Positions 36,063-42,980 of a stretch of DNA of 42,980 bases are shown piece after piece; position 1 is the stretch's first letter; each line of letters opens with the position of its first letter. The notes under the pieces are model-generated. The model was not told where the DNA came from, searched no databases, and saw only the letters and a list, made by a program, of their open reading frames with translations. The translations under genes were made by a program, and so were the position numbers. Source of the DNA: Solirubrobacterales bacterium (lineage in GTDB: Bacteria; Actinomycetota; Thermoleophilia; Solirubrobacterales; 70-9); assembly GCA_035545115.1 (NCBI GenBank), contig DASZZB010000194.1, forward strand, positions 1-42,980, read 5' to 3'.

Positions 36063-36788
36063 ATGGACCGGTCCGCGATCCGCGCCCCCGGCGGCGAGCG
36101 CTGGCTGAAGCGCGCCGAACAGGTCCGCGACGCGTTCGGCCTGGTCTTCGTCCTGGTCGTCATCACCTACGTGCTGACCTCGCTGCTCGACAACGCCGGC
36201 TGGGGCGCGGTGCTGGTGATGCTGGCGGTCTCCACGACGTCGGTCGTCGCCTTGACCAGCTCCCATGCGAAACCGCACTGGATCCACATCTCGATCTACC
36301 TGGGGACGATCGGGCTGGTGCTGGCGGTGATCGCGGCGGTCTCGGGCGACGACCTCTGGCTCAGCCTCGGCGCCGGCGTCCAGGTCTTCCTGCTGGCGAC
36401 GGCGATGGCCGCGGTGCTGGTGCGGGTGATCGGGACCGCGGAGGTCGGCGCCCGCACGATCCTCGGCGCGATCAGCGTCTACACCGTGCTCGGATTGCTC
36501 TTCGCCTTCGTCTACGAGACCGTCGGCCGACTCCAGGACGGGCCCTTCTTCGAAGCCCATACGAACCTTCACCACAGCGACTACCTGTTCTTCAGCTACA
36601 CGACGCTGACCACCACGGGGTACGGCAACCTGGTCCCCGGCGGGCAGCCCGGTCGGATGCTGGCGGGGCTGGAGATGCTGCTCGGGCAGATCTTCCTGGT
36701 GACGCTGGTCGCCGGCCTGGTCGCCCTCTGGCGGCCCGGTGCGGGACTGAAGAGACGGCGCAAGGAGCGCGCCGCCGAAACCGGCTAG
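36063..36788 (+). CDS. potassium channel family protein (pore-loop TTTGYGN)
   Basis: The start at ATG 36063 lies downstream of the tRNA. There are several TM helices, then the selectivity filter LTTTGYGN and an inner helix. There is no RCK/TrkA domain. Confidence 0.75.
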   Translation: MDRSAIRAPGGERWLKRAEQVRDAFGLVFVLVVITYVLTSLLDNAGWGAVLVMLAVSTTSVVALTSSHAKPHWIHISIYLGTIGLVLAVIAAVSGDDLWLSLGAGVQVFLLATAMAAVLVRVIGTAEVGARTILGAISVYTVLGLLFAFVYETVGRLQDGPFFEAHTNLHHSDYLFFSYTTLTTTGYGNLVPGGQPGRMLAGLEMLLGQIFLVTLVAGLVALWRPGAGLKRRRKERAAETG

Positions 36789-37243
36789 TCGGAGAGCTCG
36801 ACGCTCCCGATCGTCTTCGCCTCGAGCGGCTTGTCGCGGCCGTCGGTCTCCGAGGCCTCGATCGCGTCCACCGCGTCCATCCCCTCGACCACCTCGCCGA
36901 AGACGGTGTGCTTGCCGTCGAGCCACGGCGCCGCGCCGGCGGTGACGATGAAGAACTGCGAGCCGTTGGTGTTCGGACCGGCGTTCGCCATCGCGAGGGC
37001 GCCGCGGACCACCTTGTGGTCGTTGAACTCGTCCTCGAAGGTGTAGCCGGGACCGCCGGTGCCGGTGCCTTCCGGGCAGCCGCCCTGAATCATGAAGTCG
37101 GGGATGACCCGGTGGAAGATCAGCCCGTCGTAGAAGCCCTCGCCCGCCAGCTTGCGGAAGTTCTCGACGGTTTTCGGCGCGTCCTCGTCGAAGAACTCGA
37201 CGGTGATCGGCCCGGCATTGGTCTGCAGCGTCGCTTTCGACAT
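36785..37243 (-). CDS. peptidyl-prolyl cis-trans isomerase, cyclophilin type
   Basis: [24 protein letters not shown] and [10 protein letters not shown] are cyclophilin signatures. I placed the start at ATG 37243. Confidence 0.9.
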   Translation of the reverse strand: MSKATLQTNAGPITVEFFDEDAPKTVENFRKLAGEGFYDGLIFHRVIPDFMIQGGCPEGTGTGGPGYTFEDEFNDHKVVRGALAMANAGPNTNGSQFFIVTAGAAPWLDGKHTVFGEVVEGMDAVDAIEASETDGRDKPLEAKTIGSVELSD

Positions 37244-37255
37244 GGCCCGCACCCT

Positions 37256-37296
37256 AGCTGTTCCTTATCACCGGTATCCCGGCATAAGGAACAGCT
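37256..37296 (-). terminator. hairpin downstream of the 768-aa protein gene
   Basis: AGCTGTTCCTTAT, a 15-nt loop, then ATAAGGAACAGCT form a 13-bp perfect stem, 9 nt past the minus-strand stop at 37305. Confidence 0.5.
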
Positions 37297-37304
37297 GACA
37301 GAGG

Positions 37305-39611
37305 TCAGCCGCCGTGGACCTCGACCGTGACCGGTGCCGAGGAGCCGGGCGCGTAGGGCCAGCGCTCCTCGGCGAGGGCCGTCGCCCGCAGGCGGATCCG
37401 GGCCGTGGCGCTGACGTAGCGGAACAGGTAGCGGGCGCGGAAGCGGCCGTCGTGGTCGGTGCGGGTGACGAGGACCGGGCGCCAGCGGCCGGTCTCCGCC
37501 TCCAGGTACTGGATCGCGACCAGCTTGCCGCGCCGCGGGATCGGCGCGCCGCGACTCCGCACCCGTCCGCTCAGCCGCACCGACTCGCCGGTGCGGAGCG
37601 TGCCCGGCGCCGCCGCGAGCGTCACCCCGGCGCGCACCCGGAGGTCGAGCGACCGATGTCGCGCCGGGGCGAGGCTGTGGTTGCCGGGAAAGCTCGCGGA
37701 AAGTCGGCGCGAGGTCCCCGGCCCGAGCCGCAGGACGAAGCCGCCGCGCTCCCCGGTCGTGATCCGTTCGACCGTGCGCGGCGCCAGCGCTCCGTGCGAG
37801 GGGCGTACCACGACCTTGATCCGCCGCCCGGAGAGGCCCGCCCCGGCAGCGGTGGTGAGGCGGCCGGAGAGGAGAGCCGGAGCGCCGAACGGGACGGTGA
37901 GCATGTCGCCTCGGCCGTGCCCTCCGCGCAGCCGCACGAAGAGCCTCGTCTTGGCGCGCCGCCCGGCGGGGCCGTTCGATGCCCGGTCGCCTTTGCGGTC
38001 GCCGTTCTTGCCTCCGCTCGACCTGCCGCCGTCGCGCTTGCCGTCGTCTTTCCCGGCGGCGACATCCGCCGGCTTGACGTGGATCGACATCTGCGTGCCG
38101 TCGGCGTGCAGGGAGCTCGCCGCGGTGTTGCCGGCCGCATCACCCGCTTCGGCGCGGAAGACCCAGGTCCCGGCCGGAAGGTCGGGCAGCGGGGCGCTCA
38201 AGGTCGCCTTGCCGGGCCCGGCTGCGTCGAGCTTGGTGGGCAGGTCGGTCCAGTCCTGCGATTCGGCGCGCCGGTAGGAGATCGTCCCGGTGGCCGGTCC
38301 GGCGAGGGCGTCGGCCGCCGTCGCGGTGATCCGGGCGCCCTGCGAATCGTCGTTCGGGAAGGCGACGGTCGGCGGCTGGTCGTCGAAGCGCAGCGGGATG
38401 TCGATGCCGGTCGCGGCCGACTCGTTGCCGGCTTCGTCGCGCAGCCAGAGGTGCAGGTTCCAGGCACCCGGCCCGGGCACCGTCAGCGGCGGCAGCGCGG
38501 CGACGTCCCTGCCCGGCACGAAGTTGACCCCGCTGTCGAAGCCGTTCTGCCCGGTGATCCGGTAGAAGGCGCCCCAGATCGGGCTCGCCGGGCCTTGATC
38601 GGGATTGGTCCAGCTGAGCTCGAAGCGGTTCACCCGGTGCCAGCCCTCGCCGCCCGCGGCGATCGTCACCGGCCGCGGGTGCGCGGGCGGGTTGTTGTCG
38701 ATGCCCAGCGTCTGCGCCGCGGTGCAGCCCTGCGCCCCGGCGAAGTCGTAGACGCAGTGGACGAGCGAGTGGTTGCCGTCGCTGAACCGCGTCGTGTCGA
38801 TCGACTGGCTCTGGCCGACCGCGGGGTAGCAGGGTCCCATCCGGGTCGACACCAGGGCGCCGCCGCTCCAGGTCGCCGCGCACGGATATTCGGTCAGCGC
38901 CGCCCGCGCCCCGTCGATCAGCGTTTCGCCGTAATGGACCCCGGAGCCGACGTCGCTGCCGGAGATCGCGAGGCTCTGGGTCCCGTGGTGCCAGCCGCCC
39001 GCGGCCAGCTCGCCGCCGATCCCCGCCTGCGGTGCCTTTTCGTCTTCCATTTCGATCGTCATGTCTTTGATCCCCGACCAGGACTGCTCGCCGAGCGAGC
39101 ACCACTTGTCGCCGCCACGCGCGCACAGCAGCCGATCTTCGAACCCGGCGACCGGCACCGGGAAGCCGAGCTCGAAGTAGCGCTGGGTCGTGTCGGTGCC
39201 GTTCGCGCCGAGCTTCGGCTCGAAGCCGCCCGCCCAGTTGATCGAGCCGAGCCGCTGCTCCATCCCGTCGTGGAGCGCGTGCCACCAGTCGCCGCTGATC
39301 TTGGTCAGGTAGGTCCCCGCCGGCGCGAGCCAGCGCCAGCGCGCGAACTGTTCGCCGCTGACCGTGGACGCGCCGCTGCGGGTGAAGCTCTTGGCGTGGT
39401 CCCCGCTACCGCCGTCGCAGTAGGCGTCGGGGTAGAACTTGGCGCCGCCGGTCGAGTCCCACCAGTCGGCGTCCACCCCGGCGCCGGGCTTGCACTGGAT
39501 GACCAGGTACCGGTTCGCGCGCGCCGTCCCGGCCAACAGGAGACACACGCAGATCGCCAGCCCGGCGACCATCGCGACGATCCTCCCCACCCCACCTCGC
39601 GTCCCGGCCAT
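37305..39611 (-). CDS. secreted protein of unknown function (768 aa)
   Basis: It has an N-terminal signal/TM segment (IVAMVAGLAICVCLLLAGTARA), a Cys-containing N-terminal region and beta-rich repeats toward the C-terminus. I recognise no catalytic motif. The +strand ORF covering the same span is a shadow frame. Confidence 0.6.
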   Translation of the reverse strand: MAGTRGGVGRIVAMVAGLAICVCLLLAGTARANRYLVIQCKPGAGVDADWWDSTGGAKFYPDAYCDGGSGDHAKSFTRSGASTVSGEQFARWRWLAPAGTYLTKISGDWWHALHDGMEQRLGSINWAGGFEPKLGANGTDTTQRYFELGFPVPVAGFEDRLLCARGGDKWCSLGEQSWSGIKDMTIEMEDEKAPQAGIGGELAAGGWHHGTQSLAISGSDVGSGVHYGETLIDGARAALTEYPCAATWSGGALVSTRMGPCYPAVGQSQSIDTTRFSDGNHSLVHCVYDFAGAQGCTAAQTLGIDNNPPAHPRPVTIAAGGEGWHRVNRFELSWTNPDQGPASPIWGAFYRITGQNGFDSGVNFVPGRDVAALPPLTVPGPGAWNLHLWLRDEAGNESAATGIDIPLRFDDQPPTVAFPNDDSQGARITATAADALAGPATGTISYRRAESQDWTDLPTKLDAAGPGKATLSAPLPDLPAGTWVFRAEAGDAAGNTAASSLHADGTQMSIHVKPADVAAGKDDGKRDGGRSSGGKNGDRKGDRASNGPAGRRAKTRLFVRLRGGHGRGDMLTVPFGAPALLSGRLTTAAGAGLSGRRIKVVVRPSHGALAPRTVERITTGERGGFVLRLGPGTSRRLSASFPGNHSLAPARHRSLDLRVRAGVTLAAAPGTLRTGESVRLSGRVRSRGAPIPRRGKLVAIQYLEAETGRWRPVLVTRTDHDGRFRARYLFRYVSATARIRLRATALAEERWPYAPGSSAPVTVEVHGG

Positions 39612-39734
39612 GCGTCCTCCTCTTCTCCGTCGCCTCCTCGTGCGGGCCGTTCAAGGGCGCGGCGGCGGCGGGCTCTCCCCCTCCTCGCCGGCCGGACCGG
39701 GCCCCGAAGCCGCGCTTTGCGAGAATGGACGGCG

Positions 39735-40898
39735 ATGGCACTACCGACGAAGGACCAGGTGAACGAGGCGCTGCGCGGAGTGATCGACCCCGAGCTGCGC
39801 CGCTCGATCGTCGAGCTCGGCATGGTGCGCTCGATCGAGATCCAGCCCAGCGGCCGTGTGGAGGTGGTGGTCTCGCTGACCACCGCCGGCTGCCCGATCC
39901 GCTCCCACTTCGAAGGGGCCGTCGCCCAGCGGGTGGGCGAGCTGGAGGGGGTGACGGAGGTCGCGGTCGGCTTCGACGTCCTCTCCGACGAGGAGAAAGG
40001 GAACCTGCAGCAGACGCTGGGGCGCGGCAAGCTGCCGCAGGGCGCGCTCGCCAAGGTCAAAAACGTGATCTGCGTGTCCTCCGGCAAGGGCGGCGTCGGC
40101 AAGTCGACGCTGACCGCCAACCTGGCCGCGGCGCTGACCGCCGAAGGCCACCCGGCGGGCGCCCTCGACTGCGACGTCTACGGCTACTCGATCCCCCGCA
40201 TGCTCGGCGTCGACGGCAAGCCGGAGGTGAACGGGGAGCGCAAGATCCTGCCGCTGGACTCGGCGGGCGGGGTCAAGGTGATGTCGATCGGCTTCTTCGT
40301 CGAGCAGAACGCGGCGGTCGTCTGGCGCGGCCCGATGCTCCACAAAGCGATCCAGCAGTTCCTCGAGGACGTCGCCTGGGACGAGCTGGAGTACCTGCTG
40401 CTCGACCTGCCGCCGGGGACCGGCGACGTCTCGATGACGCTCGCCCAGCTCCTGCCCCAGGCGAAGTTCATCATCGTCACCACGCCGCAGCCGGCCGCCC
40501 AGTCGGTGGCGCATCGCGGCGCCGAGATGGCGAAGAAATTCGACCTCGAGATCCTCGGCGTGATCGAGAACATGTCGGGCTTCACCACGCCCGACGGGGA
40601 GCGCTTCACGATCTTCGGCGAGGGCGGCGGCCAGCTGCTCGCCGACGAGCTCGACGTGCCGATGCTCGGCAAGGTGCCGCTGTCGGAGCCGCTCCGCGAA
40701 CACTCCGACGAGGGCACGCCGCTGGTCACCTCGGATCCCGACTCCCCCGCCGCGCAGGCGATCCGCCAGGCGGCGCGCGGGATCGTCGCGGCGACCCCGC
40801 AGGAGCTCCCGGTCCTGCAGGCGGCGCCGGGGATGGCGGAGATGCCGGCGGTCGGCGGCACCCCGCTGCCGGTAGTCCAGGTCGGGCCCGGCGCCTGA
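39735..40898 (+). CDS. mrp: Mrp/NBP35/ApbC-family Fe-S cluster carrier ATPase with N-terminal DUF59 (MIP18) domain
   Basis: The start at ATG 39735 gives MALPTKDQVNEALRGVIDPEL, a DUF59 N-terminus. It has the deviant Walker A SGKGGVGKST and an ENMSGF segment. The upstream 807 codons of the track ORF are antisense to the 768-aa gene. Confidence 0.85.
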   Translation: MALPTKDQVNEALRGVIDPELRRSIVELGMVRSIEIQPSGRVEVVVSLTTAGCPIRSHFEGAVAQRVGELEGVTEVAVGFDVLSDEEKGNLQQTLGRGKLPQGALAKVKNVICVSSGKGGVGKSTLTANLAAALTAEGHPAGALDCDVYGYSIPRMLGVDGKPEVNGERKILPLDSAGGVKVMSIGFFVEQNAAVVWRGPMLHKAIQQFLEDVAWDELEYLLLDLPPGTGDVSMTLAQLLPQAKFIIVTTPQPAAQSVAHRGAEMAKKFDLEILGVIENMSGFTTPDGERFTIFGEGGGQLLADELDVPMLGKVPLSEPLREHSDEGTPLVTSDPDSPAAQAIRQAARGIVAATPQELPVLQAAPGMAEMPAVGGTPLPVVQVGPGA

Positions 40899-40947
40899 AG
40901 CCGCCGGCTCGTCCCGACCCCTGACGCCCCCGACCCCCCCGACCGGC

Positions 40948-40986
40948 GTTCGCAGTTCTCGTCGCTATGCGGCCATTTCTGCGAAC
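40948..40986. repeat. 39-nt palindromic intergenic repeat, copy 3
   Basis: GTTCGCAG-N7-CGCTATGCG-N7-CTGCGAAC, 50 nt downstream of the mrp stop. Confidence 0.85.
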
Positions 40987-41089
40987 TCCGGCGGGTGCTC
41001 CGGTGCGAGCTCGGGCTCCTCGCGGACTTTTCACGACGCCGGCGACCGCGACCGCAACTATGCTTCCGGCCGCGCGTTAGCGCTTACAA

Positions 41090-41228
41090 ATAAATGCCTA
41101 ATCCCGGCCTAAGAGAGGCCGGGAGCGGGGGAACCAAGTTCCTGGGGCGAATCCACCGACCTTCGGTGGGAGCGCAGGCTCCTTCAGCGCCAGCCCGACA
41201 GCTAACCCCGCAGGCCCGCGAAGGAGGT
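41090..41228 (+). ncRNA. ydaO/yuaA-type c-di-AMP riboswitch
   Basis: Conserved blocks are in the right order: CCUAAUC, GGAGCGGGGGAACCA, GGGGCGAAUCC and GCCCGACAGCUAACCCCGCAGGC. It ends in the GAAGGAGG RBS of the downstream NlpC/P60 gene, which is the usual actinobacterial context. Confidence 0.7.
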
Positions 41229-41233
41229 CGTGA

Positions 41234-41890
41234 ATGCAGTTTGCCCCCGGGGTGGCCAGAGGCGTCGCCCGCCGCAGTCCCATAGCAACGCTCCCGGTGG
41301 CCGTCCTGGCCACGCTCGTCGCAACCGCCCTGGTCCTCGCGCCCGCGGCCTCGGCGAAGCGGGCTCTCCCTGGCGGAGTCAGCGCCCGCAGCGGTCTCGA
41401 AGCCGAGATCCCCGAATCGGCCGAGCCCACGGAAGGGCTCGAAGCGGGCGAGACGGAATCCGAAGCCGGCCCCGCCGGGAGGGCGACCCTGGCCGCCGGG
41501 CGGGCGGTCCCGCCGGCGAACGCGCCCGCCGTGGTCAAGAAGGTGATCGCCGCCGCGAACCACATCCGCACGCTCCCCTATATCTGGGGCGGCGGGCACG
41601 GTCGTTGGCAGGACGGCGGGTACGACTGCTCGGGCGCCGTCTCCTACGCGCTGCACGGCGGCAGGCTGTTGACCAGCCCGCTGACCTCGGGCTCCTTCGA
41701 GACCTTCGGCGAAGCGGGCCCCGGCCGCTGGATCACGATCTACGCCAACGCCTCGCACGCCTACATGGTGGTCGCCGGGCTGCGCTTCGACACGGCCGGC
41801 GACACCAGCGGCTCCGGACCCCGCTGGCACCCGACCCTGGCCGCCGCGGCCGGCGGCCGCTATGTGGTCCGCCACCCGGTCGGCTATTGA
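41234..41890 (+). CDS. secreted NlpC/P60 (C40) family peptidoglycan peptidase-like protein
   Basis: 218 aa with a signal peptide and an Ala/Glu/Pro linker. YIWGGGHG...GYDCSGAVSYAL carries the catalytic Cys context. Confidence 0.75.
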   Translation: MQFAPGVARGVARRSPIATLPVAVLATLVATALVLAPAASAKRALPGGVSARSGLEAEIPESAEPTEGLEAGETESEAGPAGRATLAAGRAVPPANAPAVVKKVIAAANHIRTLPYIWGGGHGRWQDGGYDCSGAVSYALHGGRLLTSPLTSGSFETFGEAGPGRWITIYANASHAYMVVAGLRFDTAGDTSGSGPRWHPTLAAAAGGRYVVRHPVGY

Positions 41891-41936
41891 GGCACGACGC
41901 TTGTCTTCGTCTCGAGGACAGACGTCGCCGAACGAG

Positions 41937-41964
41937 AAAGGGCCGCCCCGCGGGGCGGCCCTTT
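41937..41964. terminator. 28-nt perfect palindrome between convergent genes (bidirectional terminator)
   Basis: AAAGGGCCGCCCCGCGGGGCGGCCCTTT has A/T runs on both sides of a GC stem. It lies between the NlpC/P60 and ferredoxin stops. Confidence 0.7.
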
Positions 41965-41986
41965 CCGCGGATCGGAGAGAGCCTTG

Positions 41987-42250
41987 CTAGGCGCTCTTGA
42001 AGTAGTTCGCGTTGATCTCCGCGTATTTCGCCCACTCGGCGGGGAGCTGGTCCTCGGCGAAGCAGGCGTCGACCGGGCAGGCCTCGACACAGGCGTCGCA
42101 GTCGATGCACTCGTCCGGATCGATGAACAGCTGCTCGACCGAGTCGTAGTCGGCCTCGTCGGGCGTCGGATGGATGCAGTCGACGGGGCAAACCTCGACG
42201 CACGAGTTGTCCTTTTGGCCGATGCAAGGCTCGGCGATCACGTAGCTCAT
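41987..42250 (-). CDS. fdxA: 7Fe ferredoxin ([3Fe-4S][4Fe-4S])
   Basis: 87 aa. It has CIGQKDNSCVEVCP (Cx7Cx3CP) and CIDCDACVEACP (CxxCxxCxxxCP). Confidence 0.9.
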   Translation of the reverse strand: MSYVIAEPCIGQKDNSCVEVCPVDCIHPTPDEADYDSVEQLFIDPDECIDCDACVEACPVDACFAEDQLPAEWAKYAEINANYFKSA

Positions 42251-42417
42251 ACGGGAAGTCTCCTAGGTGGTTGTCGGTGTTGCCCGACAGGCGCCGGGCG
42301 GCCCCTGCGAAGAGCGAGGCGCCATTTTAGAGATATGCGGCCGCATCGGCGTCGGTGCCCGGCGACACCTCTAGGCTTGGGGGTGGCGATGGCAGGCGGG
42401 CGACAGGCGGGGACGCG

Positions 42418-42969
42418 GTGCTGTTGCTGACCGGGGCGACCGGCAGCGTCGGCTCGCGGCTGCTGCCGCTGCTCCTGGAGCGCGGCGAGGACGTCCGCTG
42501 CCTGGTCCGCGACCCGCGCCGGCTCGGCGCGCGGCGGGTCGACGTGCAGATCGCGCTCGGCGACCTCGGCGAGCTCGCCGACCCCCACACGGTGCGCCAG
42601 AGCCTCCGCGGCGTCGACACCGTCGTCCACCTGGCGGCGACGATCCGCGACCAGCCGCCGCGGCGGATCGAGGAGCTGAACGGGCTCGCCACGGTCCGCC
42701 TCCTGCAGGCGGCCGAGCGGGCCGGTGTCCGGCGCTTCGTCTTCTTCAGCGCGCTCGACGCGGGGGCGGCGCAGCGGACCCGCTTCTTCCGCGCCAAGTG
42801 GGTGGCGGAGCGGGCGGTCGAGGCCGCGCCGCTGGAGACCGCCGTCTTCGCGACCTGGGAGGAGGCCGAGCTGATGGAGGTCGCAATGGTCTCGGCGCGC
42901 GGCACGGCGGACGCGCAGGCCCTCGGGGTCGAGCCGCGAAGGATGGGTGATGTCCTTGCATCCGCGTAG
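42418..42969 (+). CDS. NAD(P)H-binding (NmrA / atypical SDR-like) protein, unusually short
   Basis: The GTG at 42418 gives VLLLTGATGSVGSRL, a Rossmann GxxGxxG. Only about 183 aa remain before the stop at 42969, and the C-terminal substrate-binding half seems to be missing. Confidence 0.55.
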   Translation: MLLLTGATGSVGSRLLPLLLERGEDVRCLVRDPRRLGARRVDVQIALGDLGELADPHTVRQSLRGVDTVVHLAATIRDQPPRRIEELNGLATVRLLQAAERAGVRRFVFFSALDAGAAQRTRFFRAKWVAERAVEAAPLETAVFATWEEAELMEVAMVSARGTADAQALGVEPRRMGDVLASA

Positions 42970-42980
42970 AAGTCCCCGCC

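Noticed and set aside
37314-39734. The first 807 codons of the 1194-aa plus-strand ORF that ends as mrp
   Set aside because: This part is antisense to the 768-aa secreted-protein gene and is low-complexity. The DUF59 domain begins exactly at the internal ATG 39735, which I take as the real start.
42296-42345. A possible fourth, degenerate copy of the 39-nt repeat (CTGCGAA...GCCATTTT...ATATGCGGCC)
   Set aside because: It shares only short pieces, in a different order and spacing. It has no GTTCGCAG arm and is not 39 nt long, so the match is probably chance plus promoter AT-richness.

Overview
A 42,980-bp, very high-GC chromosome segment that looks Actinomycetota-like; I cannot name the taxon from sequence alone. 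Most of it is ordinary metabolic and housekeeping coding sequence. Positions 182-13045 hold an acyl-CoA/fatty-acid-type catabolic cluster: ACAD10/11-like dehydrogenase, family III CoA-transferase, PucR/GAF regulator, flavin reductase, acyl-CoA synthetase, LLM oxidoreductase, hydrolase, APH-like kinase, two SDRs and a thiolase. Positions 13241-19211 are a minus-strand string of a sugar-type ABC importer, a tandem EthD-like protein and a second LLM oxidoreductase. To the right lie an orphan ABC ATPase, a hotdog thioesterase, enoyl-CoA hydratase, pyruvate kinase, a P450, an XRE regulator, two tRNA-Ser genes, a PLP enzyme, an ALO-type FAD oxidase, an MFS transporter, a small K+ channel, a cyclophilin, a 768-aa secreted protein of unknown function, Mrp/ApbC, a ydaO-type c-di-AMP riboswitch ahead of an NlpC/P60 gene, a 7Fe ferredoxin and a short NAD-binding protein. 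The stand-out region is 19622-26178. It is a ~6.5-kb lower-GC insertion at tRNA-Arg(ACG), bounded by a perfect 50-bp direct repeat (intact tRNA on the right, pseudo-tRNA on the left), with no integrase. It carries a co-directional string of C5-cytosine methyltransferase, PD-(D/E)xK nuclease, a 63-aa ORF and a 981-aa NACHT (NLR-like) NTPase, plus a divergent Vsr. I read this as a compact defence island. It may be a functionally integrated R-M/NLR system in which the free-standing nuclease serves a NACHT sensor that has no recognisable effector domain. Other structure not explained by genes: a 39-nt palindromic intergenic repeat family (3 copies), several long hairpins between convergent genes, and a 15-bp inverted repeat in the pyk/P450 divergent region. 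Many long ORFs in the six-frame track are high-GC shadow frames and are not reported as genes.
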